A stretch of 64,000 bases of DNA from Hyaloraphidium curvatum SAG 235-1. Its lineage: Eukaryota; Fungi; Monoblepharomycota. The stretch lies in contig JAIVFI010000016.1 of NCBI GenBank assembly GCA_025558095.1, positions 186,001-250,000 on the forward strand. Direction: 5' to 3'. Positions 45,518 through 58,339 of the stretch are shown one piece after another. The position numbers and the translations under genes were made by a program. Numbering within the stretch: the stretch's first letter is position 1; every line of letters begins with the position of its first letter. Below the pieces are notes generated by a model. It was given only the letters and a program-made list of their open reading frames with translations. It had not been told where the DNA came from and searched no databases.

Positions 45518-46498
45518 TCACGCCAGCATCCGTCCCATCGCCCTGCCCGCGTCCTCCCTGCACGCACGGATGGCCGCGATGTGCCCCATCCCCCCGTACA
45601 CCTCCACTTTCTCGGCGCCGTCGATCCGGCCGTACGAGTTGCGGATGGCATCGAGGCTGCACGACCCGTCCGCGTCCCCGGCAAACACCGCCACGGGGAT
45701 CTTCTCCCCCCCTGCGCCGGCATTGAGCTGCTCCGGCTCGAACCCCCACGGGGAAAACAGCGCCCTCCCGTCGTGCACCGCGGCCTCGGGTGCCGTCCCG
45801 GGCCTCAGGCCTTCGGCAAACTGCGTCGCGAACGCGCGGCCGAACCCGGCGTCGTCCAGAAGCGCCGCGGCGTCCGAGGGACCGCCGAACGCGCGCGCGA
45901 CGATCTTCCTCTGCACGTCGGCGGGTTTGCCCGAGATGCCGCGGCGGACGAAGGCGTACAGCGCGCTGGTGAGCCACGAGGTCCAGTCCGAGAGCGTGGC
46001 GACGTAGGAAAAGTACTCGAGCCATCCCATGACGGCGTAGGATTCGCGGCGGGTGGGCGGGGTCCAGGGGACGACGAGGAGGAGGGCGCGGATGCGCGCG
46101 GGGAGGTGGAGCGCGAGGGAGAGGGCGTACGGGCCGCCGCCGGAGAGGCCCGAGGCGCCAAAGACGGGGGGCTCGGCCGTCGTGTGCACTTCGGCGATGT
46201 GAACCAGGAGTTCCGCGATTATTGCGGGCCAGTGCTTCGACAGCAGCTCCGGACTCGAGGCGATGTCCGCTGGCCATGCCTGCGAGGCTCCATAACCAGG
46301 CCTGTCCACGCCGACGATCCTTATCCCGGGCGCATGGTCTGCAAAGAGCCCGGCCTCGAGCCGCGAGCCGGGGTACCCGTGGCAGTGCACGAAGGTGCGC
46401 GGGGAGCGGGCGTCGCCGAAGATGGAGAAGGCGAGGTCGGTGCCCAGGGAGGTGCGGAAGAGATGGGTTTCGGGGGCAGATGCGGAAGAAGATGACAT
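45518..46498 (-). CDS. Alpha/beta hydrolase
   Basis: HCHGYPGSRLE, VDRPGYG, GLSGGGPYAL (GxSxG), GDAD, GMGH; intronless. Confidence 0.88.
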   Translation of the reverse strand: MSSSSASAPETHLFRTSLGTDLAFSIFGDARSPRTFVHCHGYPGSRLEAGLFADHAPGIRIVGVDRPGYGASQAWPADIASSPELLSKHWPAIIAELLVHIAEVHTTAEPPVFGASGLSGGGPYALSLALHLPARIRALLLVVPWTPPTRRESYAVMGWLEYFSYVATLSDWTSWLTSALYAFVRRGISGKPADVQRKIVARAFGGPSDAAALLDDAGFGRAFATQFAEGLRPGTAPEAAVHDGRALFSPWGFEPEQLNAGAGGEKIPVAVFAGDADGSCSLDAIRNSYGRIDGAEKVEVYGGMGHIAAIRACREDAGRAMGRMLA

Positions 46499-47020
46499 TT
46501 TCAGTGGAATGGAGTGGTTGGAAGGCCGCGATGCGGTCTCCAGGGGCGCCGGGGGCGCGGTTTATCTGGGAGTTCGGTGCACTGCTCCGCCCCGCGTCAT
46601 CGAAGCTTCGCACACAGCTCGGCGTTGCCGCCTTTCGCCGGCCACGATTCAGCAAATCCCGGCGGTGTTCCGCTTTCCATGCATAAGGGTCGATGTGGCT
46701 GCGGTTTCCGGCCGCGATTCCTTCCCTTCGCACGGTGCTGCGCTCCATGGGATCCCCGTCCTGATGAATGGGCGCCTCCGAAAGGGAAGAATCCGGTCAA
46801 TGGGCTTGCCGAGCAGATCGAGCTGCTTAAAGAAGTGTCGAAGCTGTGCTTGCTGTCCTCGGGCGGATTCGATGTGCGTCTGCATCCAGTGAGGCGGGAG
46901 ACTCGGTGGGATATGCCTGCCTTTGCCACCGGCCTGCACAACGGTCCCGCTTCAACCCGCTTCCGAAGCCCGAGGCAACAGCCCACGAGGGACCATCGGA
47001 CTTGCCAATCGTCGTCCGAC

Positions 47021-48703
47021 ATGACGGACGTGGCGAACGGCGGCGCGCCCGCCCCGGCTCCGGCGACGGCTGCGGAGAACGGCGCCGCGGCGGCAATCGC
47101 ATCGGCGCCCGCGCCCGGCGCCGACGTCCCACCTTCCCCCGCTTCCACCGCGGAATCGGCGCCCACCAAGGGCAAGGGCATTGAGAAGGACTTCCACGGG
47201 GACAAGTTCTCGGACCGCCAGAAGGCCGGCGCCCTGGCCATCGCCAGCGCCGCCTCGCTCGTCGCCGTGCTGGAGGGCGCCATCTTCACGCCCGCCATCT
47301 ATGAGGTACAGCAGGAGCTCGGCACGACCGAGGTGCTGTCGAACCTCTCGATCGCGTGCTACACCGTGGCCACGGCCATCGCCCCGCTCTTCTGGGCGCC
47401 GCTGTCGGAGGTCTACGGTCGCAAGCCAGTGTACCTCGGATCCCTGGCCTTCTGCCTGCTGGGCTCGGTCGCGCTCGTCTTCACTCCAGAGCTCGGCATC
47501 GGCTGGCTCATCGGCTGGCGCGTGGTCCAGGGACTCGGCGCCTGCGCCGCCTTTTCCGTGGGGGCCGGCACGATCAGCGACATCTACCGGATCGAGCAGC
47601 GCGGCCGCGCGTTCGGCATCAACAGTCTTGGACCTTTGCTCGGCGCCTTGATCGGACCACCCATTGGCGGTGCTCTGAGCCAGTACGCAGGCTACCGCTA
47701 CGTCTTTGTGTTCACGGCGGGAATCACCGCCGTCCTCATCCTCGTCATCCAGTTCTTCCTCCCCGAGACCCTGCCGCCGCGCAAGGAAGGCGCGAAAAAG
47801 CCCACTTTGAACCCCCTCGCCATGTTCCCCACGCTGCGATATCCCTGGGTCTGCATCCCCATTTATGCACAGGCAATTACGTGGGGCGCCCTGTACTCGC
47901 AGATCTCCATGCTGGCCCGGCAACTCAATTTCGCGTACGGGTGGGAGCCCACGGCCGTCGGACTGTACGGCCTCGTGCCCGCAATCGGCAACATCATCGG
48001 CGCGATCGGCGCCGGCTTCATCGCGGACCGCATGCTCAACAAGTCGGCTGGGGGTGGCAAGGTGCCGGAGACGCGGTTGGGGGCCGTGCAGCTCGGCGTG
48101 GCGCTCAGCTTTGTCGGGCTCACCATCTTCGGCTGGACGATACAATACAAGATCCACCCCGCCGTGCCGGCGATCGCGAACTTCATCTGGGGAATTGGAA
48201 TGGTGAGTTTGAGAGCGCTACTAGTCTCTTCGTCGATCTGATCGTTTTGCCTGGCTGTGCCATTGCGTCTCCGACAGATGGTCATGATGGTGCGTTGCCT
48301 CGGGCGTATGCGATCGGCGTTGCATGGTTTTGACCCTCTTCCGCAGACACCGACCGGCACCTTCCTCGTCGACGTCTACCGCCCTGCCGCGGCATCCATC
48401 TCCGCCCTGGCCAACCTCCTCCGCCTGGCCGTCGCCTCCATAACCCCCCTGGCCTCCCCCGCGATGCAGGACAGCATGGGCATCGGGGGACTGTACCAGT
48501 TCTGGGCCGGGCTGCTGCTGGTGACCGTCTCGCCGGCGATCCTGTGGATGACCGCCGCCGGATGGAAGAAGAGGTTGAAGACGGCGCCGTGGAGCGAGGA
48601 GCACGCCAAGCAGGTGCGCGAGCACGAGGCGGCGGAGCAGAACGCGGAGAAGGTGGCGGCCGAGAAGGAGGCCGAGGCCGCGATAATCGAGGACACCGTC
48701 TGA
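47021..48703 (+). CDS. MFS drug:H+ antiporter (DHA1-like) with a 12-nt micro-exon
   Basis: PLFWAPLSEVYGRKPVY, RVVQGLG, GAGTISDIY..RGRAFG, GPPIGG, LPETL, PETRL; exons 47021-48202, 48278-48289 and 48347-48703. Confidence 0.9.
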
Positions 48704-48812
48704 GCAGATCTAGAAGCTCTCGCAGTCAGAGCAAAGAAGACATCTAGAAACCATTGATGTACAGAGATCAGGTATGCAGTTCCAACAGATGACAAAGAAA
48801 GTGCAATGATGT

Positions 48813-51800
48813 TCAGGACGAAGGCCCGCTTCCCTCGCCGCCCTCCTTTACGGGGACGTCGTCCTCCAGGAGAGCCTGCCACTCGGGGATGCCGAGGTCG
48901 GCGCGCTTCTCCGACGCGATGCCGAGGTAGCTGTCCCGCGACGCGAAAGCCCGCTTCTTCTCCTGCAGTTCCAGAACGTGCCGCTCGACCGTGCCTTCGG
49001 CAACGACGCGCACGGCCGTGGTCGGCCTCTTTTGACCCATGCGGTGGATGCGGTTGATGGCCTGGTCCTCCAGGCCGGGGATGATCGTGGGATCCATCAG
49101 GTACTCGACGTTGCACATGGTCATGGTCAGCCCGGCGGCCTTGTCGCCCTTGAGGGGCATCAGGATCGCGTGGACATCCGGGTCCTTGCTGATGTCCCTG
49201 AGCGCCTGCCGAATCTTCTCGGCGCCGCCGGCGTATTCGACGCACTTGATGCGGATTTCGTCCGTGCCCAAGGCCTTCTTGGTTTCGTCGAGAGCGCGCT
49301 GAAATTGGCTGAAGATGATGGCCTGTCGAGCTTGGACGTAAGCCCAGTCCACAGGCACTCATGAGCCGCCTTTACCTTGCAAGTAGCATCGGCCGCGATC
49401 CGACTCTTCAGATCCCGAGCGACGGCAGCGATCTTGGAGCCAAAGCGCCGCACCAAGGGATCCTCGGGCGGAAAACTCGGTTCAACTGCCGAAGTCGAGT
49501 CCTCCGCCGGCTCGCCTTCCGTCTCCTGACGAACCAGAACCAGCCGATTCGTCCGCATGGGCTTGGGGCAGAAGAAGCACCGTGCCTTGTCGTGCTTGCC
49601 CATCCACGCCATATAGCAACTGAAGCAACCGTACGGCTCGAGCGAGCAGCAGAGCGAGACCACGCAGCCCGTCATCAGCTCGCCGCAGACGTTGCACGTC
49701 GTGGGGACCTCCGGATTGCGTGCAATCATCTCCTCGACGTAGCTCAGATCCGCGCGGGCCTTCTTCATCGCTGCCTGCGCTCGGTCGAATTCGGCCCTCG
49801 CTTTGCGGAACTTTGGGAGGTCGGTCCAGCGGTTTGCGCTCCTTTGCTGCTCTTGAGCAGCAATGACGGAGTCCAGCGCCGCAGCTTTGGATACCAGATC
49901 AGTCCTCTCGCGAACAAAAGTGCCAATGGTCTCCTTGATCTCGAACCACGGCACGTCCGTGCGGAGGGCAGAACGGTAGCTCTGGTCGCTGATCGAGTCC
50001 AAAAGGAGCTTCGCTGCTTCATGGAGAAAGTCCGTGTCCTCGGCCGTCCGGCCGTCGCGACGCCCAGGTGATGCGGGAACGCCAAAGAACTGCGACCTGT
50101 AGGACAGAACATAGCGTACGGCAGCCAAGAGCAGCTCCGCCCGCCTCGATGTCACGGCGCCGCTTCGCTCCGCTCGAGCAAGCTGGAGAATGTCCTCCAT
50201 GGGCATTCTGAGCCGAAGATGAAGCGTTAGCCAACCAGGCGTCAGATTTGAAAGTATAGTAACCCACTGCTTCAGCGCGTCGCTCTCCAGCTTCATCTGG
50301 TCGGCCTGGGGCATGCCAGCGACTTCGACAGACACTATGGTCCCGCGTGAGCTGCCAAAGAGGTCGGCATGCACAGATATGGGACTCACCGCAAGCACGG
50401 AGGCGCAAACTCTCGAATGTCCTCGTCAGATAAGCGACCTGCTTGCGCGCGAGCTTCTTCGATTTGCTGATCTTGTTCTCCCGCAGGAAACGCTCCAAGG
50501 CCCGCCTGGCAATCCCCTTCGCTTTGGAGTAGTGCCATCGCTCCCGTTCGGTGAGCTTCACGGTCAGCTCGACGCGCGACATGTCCGGGACCGGGAACTC
50601 GTCCGCAATGTGCTGCTTGGAGTACCTCCTCATGACCTTCGGAAGCAGTCCGTGTGCGCGCATCATGCCCTTCTGGCTCGTTTCGTCCAAGTACGGATCG
50701 ACGATGCTGTGATTGTACACCGCGGAGTCCAGGAAGGGGTCCAAGCCCAGGAACGAAAAGTAGCCGCTCAAGTCGCCTATCCCCTGGTAGATCGGGGTCC
50801 CCGTAACGACCCAGCTGTTGACGCGGCTGACCATGGATACCCGCGCAGACAGGTCCTTTTCCTCGTCACGCACCGACTGCGCCTCGTCGATGACCACCCT
50901 CCAAAAGTTCGCCGTCTCCAGCTCGAGGCTCTGCTTCGTGACCTGGTCGTACGTGGTGAGGACAACGTCGTAGTCCCAGAAGTTTCGAGCAGCGTAGTCG
51001 ATTCTCCTCTCGTCGTTCCACCATGCGCCGACAGCATAGACTGTGCGTGTGTACTCTTTGACAGAGAGCGTCGGCGCGTGCCGCTGAATCTCATCTAGTC
51101 GGAAAGACGGAGATCAGAGCAAGGACACACGTCGGCCAGATGCGCAATCACCCTTCCACTGCTCCAGCAGGTTCTTCGGCACGATGATGAGCGTCGACTT
51201 GACAGGCAGGAGCAGCGGGCTCGGAGCTTCGCCCCATGACTCCTTGAGCCAGGCGTCAACGTGTTCGTGACCTCGATCTGGATCCAGGCCGGCGAGATCG
51301 GTTCGGGGATTCGAGAGTATGAGGGAAATCATTTCCACCGTCTTGCCGAGGCCCATCTCGTCCGCCAGAATCCCTCCCGGATTCGGCTGCGGGACAGTGA
51401 AGCGCCTCAAGGAGAGCGTTCCCGTGACCTCGTTCATGTAGACCGTTATGAGGTCGGAACCGCCGATCTGGACGCCGCCGAGTTCCGCGACATCGTCATC
51501 GCGGACCTCTTGCCAGTCACCGTGCTTCGACTTTCCCACAGCCTCCCAAGTAGATGCAGAGATCGTGACGGGCATCCAGTTCGGGTGAAGGAGCTCATTG
51601 TCCGGGTGATGGTCGAGATTCTCCTTCAGCAGCATCCAGCGGAGATTGCGCTGCTGGTACGGATACAGGGGCGTGTTTGGCGACAGGTCCGGCGGAGGCG
51701 GCGCTTCCTCGTAATCCAGAGGAGGTCGGACCGATTCCAGCATGCCCGTGATGCTGCGGGGCAGTGCTGCAGGCGGGTTTCCGGGGACTTGGTGATACGT

Positions 51801-53669
51801 GCGCGTCGACTTGAAGAACGCGTCCATCTCGTCGTGCTTTGTGTTCATGTACGGAGTCACGAGGCGCGTCTGATCAAGCATTTCTTCGAGCACGAGACCC
51901 ATCAGCTGCAGAGCGGGCCAAAGTCAAAACAAGACAAGATGAAGCATCTTCGACGTACTCGGTCTTCCCGGTCGACCATGGCGAAAGTAAGGGATCCATC
52001 GTCTTCGGGTTCTTGCCCGTAGCGGAGCCCGTATCCCGTCAATCGTACGCCAATACGCAGCGAGAGTCCTTCCGAAGTGTCGAACTCGAGCAATCCAAGA
52101 AGCTTGAGATAGCGCTGCAGGCATGCTGTCAACGTCTGCGAAGCCATCAAATGGGACGACAACTACTTTTTGATGTAGAGTACGCAAGTTGTGGAGCCAG
52201 TTCTCGCGCTTGCCCTCTTCGACCACGGGACTCCGCAAGATGATCTTGGAAGCTGGGATCGTGTCCAAAGAGATGTACCCGGTGGCCTTTCCGTCCGTCT
52301 CCAAGCCGCGCGCGAGCACAATCTCCCAGGCCATCTTCTTCTTGTCCGAAGGAGGCAGGTTCCACGCGATTGTGACGGGCATCAACTTGTCGAAGCGAGG
52401 ATCGTGGAGAGGCTTCGGGAGCAACGGGCCTTCGCGCTTGAAATCCAGCACGTTCTGCTTTCCTCGAAGCTCGTCCATCCGCTCCTCAATCTCGGTCAGG
52501 ACAGACTGGTACTCGACGGCGAGCTTGAACTCATCGGATTTTTCCATCCATGCCCGGCGGCGGTTGCGGAGCCGTTCCAACTCTGCTTCGTTCCGGTAGT
52601 ACTCGTTCAATTCCAGGAGCGCATCGCGAGTGCTCTTGTCCCTTGGCGCGCCGAAGTCGTCCCAGATGCGTGGATCACTGACCAAAGAGTGTCAGCAACG
52701 CCTTGTCGCAAGCGAGGAGTCAGCGCTAGACGCTCACATAACCTCAACAATCTGTTTGTCATCGTCGCGGAGATCCACGTGTGCCCAACCGAACGGAATG
52801 TCGATCGTGTCGTTCGCAGCTCGCAACGAAATGAAGCTTTCCTCGCCGGATTTCGGCGACGAAGGGTCACTGTTTTGCGCCTCGTCTCGCTCCTGGCGAT
52901 CTTTGATTCGGGCCGACAGTCGGATCAGCCTCGGCGGCTGACCCTCCGTCCCCTCCATCGAGTCGTCCACATGGTGCAGGGAACCGTACCCCTCCATCGC
53001 GTCTGTCATCAAGTCCGTCACAAAATGCCGAGAAACGCGCTCGCGGCTCTCCATCCAGCGGAAGCGTTTGAGCGACGACGTTCCGTAGCCGCTCTTGCCC
53101 GTGCTATAGACAAAGGGACGCTTTCGCGGGTTGACGGGCGTCTGTGGAGCCGATTCTTCCCGTGCAGGCAGCATGGCAAGCTCCGTTAGCTCCGTTGCGG
53201 GGCTCTCCGGCGCCGGGGTCTGCGGCGAAGCTCCTGCAATGGAATCCGCAAGCTCGGCGTTTCGGGGCTCCGGGACCAAAGCGGTGACCACGGCCATGGC
53301 CGGGCGAGCTCTCTCCGGAGAAGCAGGAGGAGAGTCCTTGGCGCGCTCCTTTCCTTTGAGGAACCGCGATATGCGGCCGTCGACGTCTCTCCATTCGCCG
53401 ATAGTCGGAGCTCCTCCGGGCCCCCGAGCCGCCATCGCCGAGTTGAATCGCAGCCACCACGCGACAAACTCCCCGCGCCGTGCCTGTTCGGAAGCATCGG
53501 GCGACGGGGTGACGAGGTGTCCACAGAAGGCGTGGATCCGATTCGAACATTTCGCCCAAAGAGCCGGCGATGGTCCTGAGTCCAGATCCTCCGTTACGAT
53601 GCTAACGCCCGTCCAGAAGTGGGTGAACGCCTCGACATCGAGGACGGCGGGCTCCTCGGCGGCCTCCAT
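48813..53669 (-). CDS. SNF2-family helicase/ATPase with RING finger (IRC20/SHPRH/Rad5-like), multi-exon
   Basis: GGILADEMGLGKT, TLIIVPKNLLEQW, VIDEAQ, VTGTPI, RING-like CNVC..CC..CFSC..CFFC, AIIFSQF, EDQAINRIHRMGQ. The start position is approximate. Confidence 0.85.
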
Positions 53670-53870
53670 CGCCGGGAGCGAAACGGCGACTAGGCCGGTC
53701 TTCTGAGAAGCGATGTCGAGGCGGCGGCGGGACAAAGGGCGAGTCTCACCCGGACCGCTTTATGTCAAAGGGGATCATGCTGATCATTTCTTCTACAGAA
53801 AAGACTGAAAGATCATCCAAGGACGAAGTAATCGCCGCTGCGAGTGCTGGTCACATGTGGCTTTCAGTTT

Positions 53871-54173
53871 CTACGACTTCTTCTTCCGTTTTGCCGCTGC
53901 CGTGGAGGCCGACGCGGTCGTTTCCGCTTCCGCGTTCGATCCTGGTCCTTCTGAAGGCGGAGTCGTGTCCGCGGCATCCCCAGCTGTCGCTCGGGCAAGT
54001 TCCGCCTCCGCCCTTTTGTCCCTCTCCTCTTCTGCCCGCAACTGGAGCAACAGAATGGTCGGGAGAGCAGCGAGGATGACGAAGACCACCGTCGCCGGCA
54101 AGTAGTAGAACACAAGAGCCAGGAGTTCCGAGAACGTTGACGGTAGAAAGCGAGACAACAGTCCTTCAGACAT
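53871..54173 (-). CDS. Small membrane protein with C-terminal KKxx-type motif
   Basis: MSEGLLS..LLALVFYYLPATVVFVILAALPTILLL hydrophobic stretch, charged tail ending KRKKKS. Confidence 0.5.
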   Translation of the reverse strand: MSEGLLSRFLPSTFSELLALVFYYLPATVVFVILAALPTILLLQLRAEEERDKRAEAELARATAGDAADTTPPSEGPGSNAEAETTASASTAAAKRKKKS

Positions 54174-54397
54174 CGCGAGTCCGAGGCCCTCTGGCGACCT
54201 CTGAGCGAAGCTCCGGCGCGGTCTAAAGTGCGAAGCAGGCGCTACTCGTCCCGTGGCAGGTGCGTGGCGAGTCCGGAGGCACTCGATGCCCCGTCGCGTG
54301 GTTCCGAAAGTGATGTTTACAGCGCGCGACACGTCAACATTCAAAGCTTCCAAAGCGCGCGCGAGAGTGACGCGTCTAATGGCCACAAACGCCCGGA

Positions 54398-55921
54398 ATG
54401 GAATCCCTATTGGACTTGGATTCTTCGGTGCCGCTTGTCGACTTGATGGATCCCCGGGACGGCGCCCTCCGTCCGCTCTCTGTATCCGCGAACTGGGCGT
54501 ACCTTGCCGAAGGCAACGGCAACCTGGTCGTGCGCTTCGTTCGGGGCGCCGGAAACGCGTCGAGGTTCGTGCTAAGGATCCGGAAAGACAACCCGGACGC
54601 GATTTGCAAGGATCCGGAGGAGGGGCGTGACAGGATCGCGTCTCGCGTCGCCTACTCGAGGTTCCTCACTGCGGACGTGCTGGGACTTCCTGCCTGTTAT
54701 GGATCCATGGTCATCGCCCGCGTCTCGGGAGCGTTTCTCAGGGAGCTCGAGCTCGCCATTGACGCTGCGCGGCCTGCTTCGAGGAAGGGAGGGTCGCGCA
54801 TTTACCATGGCCAACCGACGGCATTCGTTGCCCTCACGTTGGACCACCTGAGCCTGCCCACGGGGCCGAGCTCCAATCCTTTGGATTCGATGACCTTGGC
54901 GGTCGAAATCAAGCCCAAGTGGGGCTTCCTCCCCTTCTCGTGCGGACCTCCGCGGTCGTCTTTGCCGCCATTCGTATCCGATGAGTCTTACCGGACAAAG
55001 CGGAACACCTGCCGTTACTGCATGCACCATTTTCTGAAGCGTGGAAGGTTGCCTGCGTACTGTCCCCTTGACCTGTACTCGGGGCAGCCGCAACGGAGGG
55101 CAAAAGCACTGGCGGCGTTGGCTGCCGAAGCTAGCTCAGGCGGGGAACTGTTCAACAACCTCCGTGTCTTTGTCGACGGACATCGACTTCCCGGTGACCA
55201 GGTGCATCGCGTGTTTGAGGGCGTCGAGCCCGCTTTCGCCTCTGCTTTCTTTGGCTCCTCCGCCGCGGGATCGGACGCAGTAGCGACCTTGATCTCCCAG
55301 ATCCTGAACGAATCCCGGGTCTTGCAGCGCCTTGCGTACCATCAACAGCACATGGATACCTTGGATATTGAAGGCGTGAGGGAGGTCGCGGGCAGTGTCT
55401 TTACAGCGGGCCAGGCTTTAGTGCAGCCCGATTTTGCATTGTTCCGCGCTGCCCTCGGACGGTACCTCTCCGAAGACGAAACTCAGCGGGCGCGCTGGAC
55501 CCGGATGGACGCATCAGAGATCCTCGCTCTCCCTCCCGAGGAGAAGGTTGAGATTGTGGTCCGCTTCCTGGCCAGCATGACGCTGAAGGATGTTTCCGTG
55601 CTCGTTGCTGTGCGCCGCATAACTGACGATGCCGAGCCTACCTCCGCACCGCTAGAGGCGCCGTCGTTAACCTCGAACGTGCTTGCTTCGCTCGTCGACC
55701 AGGATCGGCGTTCGGCAGTTCGCACGGAGTTCCTGGGATCGAGCTTCGAGTATACCTTCCGGATCGTCGACGCCGACCCCAAGGACATCGGGAAGCTGGA
55801 CAAGTGGTTCGAGCTCGACCGCGACATTGTGCGGCACTGGGAAGCAAGAGACGCTTCTCTCCTCGTCACGTGTTCAGCTTTTTCGAAAGGCGACAACGCC
55901 CTTTGTACACAGGTTGAATAG
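54398..55921 (+). CDS. IPK1: Inositol-pentakisphosphate 2-kinase
   Basis: YLAEGNGNLV, VEIKPKWGF, CRYCMH, YCPLDLYS, NNLRVF, ASMTLKDVS, IVDADPK; intronless. Confidence 0.9.
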   Translation: MESLLDLDSSVPLVDLMDPRDGALRPLSVSANWAYLAEGNGNLVVRFVRGAGNASRFVLRIRKDNPDAICKDPEEGRDRIASRVAYSRFLTADVLGLPACYGSMVIARVSGAFLRELELAIDAARPASRKGGSRIYHGQPTAFVALTLDHLSLPTGPSSNPLDSMTLAVEIKPKWGFLPFSCGPPRSSLPPFVSDESYRTKRNTCRYCMHHFLKRGRLPAYCPLDLYSGQPQRRAKALAALAAEASSGGELFNNLRVFVDGHRLPGDQVHRVFEGVEPAFASAFFGSSAAGSDAVATLISQILNESRVLQRLAYHQQHMDTLDIEGVREVAGSVFTAGQALVQPDFALFRAALGRYLSEDETQRARWTRMDASEILALPPEEKVEIVVRFLASMTLKDVSVLVAVRRITDDAEPTSAPLEAPSLTSNVLASLVDQDRRSAVRTEFLGSSFEYTFRIVDADPKDIGKLDKWFELDRDIVRHWEARDASLLVTCSAFSKGDNALCTQVE

Positions 55922-56034
55922 ACACGAACAGACATCCACGCATTGCATTCCACACTTTGTCTTCGTTTCACACTTTGACGGTGCAAGGCGCACCTAGAAA
56001 TGCGAAGTTTTGAAGGCGAGTGTCCAAGGCGCAC

Positions 56035-58339
56035 CTAGGAGATACGGGGCTTCTGCAGGCGCAGAGTGACATAGAAGAAGATCCTGAACACACAGCAGAT
56101 TGCCACCAAAACCCCCACCCAGTTGCCGATGGTGGCGCCGCCAATCTCGTAGTAGTCCATCACATCGTTGCCTGTGAAGGCGCACTGGCTCGGAGGCAGC
56201 GTGGAGGGGAACATGCAGAAGCACTGCGTCGAGTTGCCCGAGGGGATCTCGTCGCACGTGAAGGTCTGGCCCGACAGGTCGTTGGCCGCCATGAGCTCGA
56301 AGGTGTAGCGCTGGTAGTCGATCTGCGTCGCCCAGACGCGCAGCCACACGGGGAGGTTGATGTACTTGACAAAGTAGCCCTGCCACACGTTGCCTGTCAG
56401 AACCGCAAGCATGGGCATGCTTGGTCAACCTTGACGCACCTGAACACACATCCAGAATCCGTTGAGGAAGGAGGTGATCGCGAGGGCCGCTACGAAAATC
56501 GGAACGAGAGCGCTGACCCAGATCGCCTGGAATTCAGCGGCGAGGAGACCAAGGTAGAGGTATGCGAGGAACTGGAAAAAGTGTGACGCCCCTGGGTTGA
56601 GCCCGATCATCGGGTAGGCGATCGCCGTGAAAACCAGCGAGATGACGAAGAGATACGGCAGCACCACGAGCGTGTTGGCGATGGTGTGCGCCAGGCAGCC
56701 GTAGAGCCCGTTGGCGCGCTCGCGCATGAACACCTGGCGCTCCTCGAGGAAGGAGGGGATGCCGGCGACGGACATGAAGCCCAGGAAGGCGACCGAGAAG
56801 AAGTAGACCGAGAAGCGGTCGGCGATCTGGGCCTGGCCGTATCCGATGCGCATCCACACGAGGCCCATCAGGATGGCCATCGCGACTGAAAGACGCCGTG
56901 GTGAGCGCAAGGAGGACAGAACCAGCAATCGCACACGCACCGTACATGGCCAGGCGGATGCCGTAGCCGATGATGTTGCGCGAGTAGTTGAGGAAGTTGC
57001 GGCGGGTCAGAACGAGCGTTTGCTGAAGGATGTTGGCCTTGTACGTGTGCTTGCGCTCGCGCTTGACGAGCCCCGTGACGGACGCGATCGAGCCTGAAGG
57101 CCCTTTCGCGACGTCCTCCATGGCATCCTTGCCGTCGAGCTTGATGGAGAAGCCGTGTTCCTTCCACGCCTGGACGATCTCGTCGATCTGCTGCGCCGCG
57201 GCGGTCCGGTCTTTCATAAAATCGACGTTGATCTGTAGATCATCGAACCACTGTCAGCAACAGGACGGCAGCAGGCAGTCGCAGCGAGGCATACCTGCTC
57301 AAGGAAGAAGTCGGCCGGGTTGAAGTACGGCGGGCAGGGCCGCTCGATGCTCGCAAAGTAGTCGATCGCGCCCTCGCGCGGGCCAAAGTAGACGGTGCGG
57401 CCTCCCGGAGCCAGGAGAAGGAGCTGGACAACAGGAGAGTCAGAAGAAGCAAGCGAGTACACCGCGAGCACCCACATCATCGAACAGGTTGAACGTCTCG
57501 GTGCTCGGCTGATGGATGGTCGCGACGACCGTGACCTGGGCCTCCACGGCCAGCTTCCTGACGGAATCCATGACCCTGTACGCGGCGGCGCTGTCGAGGC
57601 CCGAAGTCGGCTCGTCGAGGAACTTGAATTGAGAGTAGCGGTCAGCAACCTTTGGATCACACGCCACGGGGCGACAACCCACCAGGATCTTGGGATCCGT
57701 CACCAGCTGCGACGCAATGGAGGTCCGCCGCTTCTCCCCTCCGGAAACACCCCGCTGGATCACGGTCCCGATGATCGAATCCCTGACCCGCTCGAGGCCC
57801 ATCTCGGAAATGGCCTGCTCGACTTTTTTCTCGCGCTTTGCGCGCGGCAGGTTCGGGAGCGAGAGCTCGGCGGCGTATCGGATGTTCTCGACCACCGTGA
57901 GCGACCCGTAGAGGGCCTCCTCCTGCATGACAAAGGTCGAGAGGTGCTTGAGGGTCGAGGACCCGGGGGAGACGGTCACCCCGTCGACCGCCAGCGCGCC
58001 CGAGAGCCCGCCGGCGCGCACGCGGTTGGAAATGCAGCTGAGGAAGGTCGACTTGCCGGCGCCGCTGGGGCCCATGACTGAACGGCGGGGAGGGGATCAG
58101 CGCGGGTGCGGGCGGTGTTCGGGCGGCGCACCGGCGAGGATGCGGCCGGGGAGCGCGCGGCCGCTCCCGCAGTCGAGGACGACCTTGGTCGGACTGCCGT
58201 TGTTGCGCTTGGCCTTGACCTGGGCGGGAACGCGTGAGCGGAATGCCCGACGGCGGCGGGGATGCGACCGCACGTTGACCTGATAGCGGAGCTCCGACCA
58301 CGAGAGCTCGACGCCGCCGACAGGCACGGTGGCGGCCAT
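56035..58339 (-). CDS. ABCG half-size transporter (NBD-TMD), multi-exon
   Basis: [61 protein letters not shown]. Confidence 0.93.

Noticed and set aside
46514-47020. N-terminal extension of the MFS ORF; likewise 59053-59181 and 62767-62916
   Set aside because: These have non-ATG starts and non-coding-like composition; better ATGs lie at 47021, 59182 and 62917.
30889-48703. Secondary-metabolite gene cluster (LovC-like, LovD-like, MFS, hydrolase, TF)
   Set aside because: There is no PKS, NRPS or terpene backbone gene in the window, and the genes are interleaved with housekeeping CHO2.
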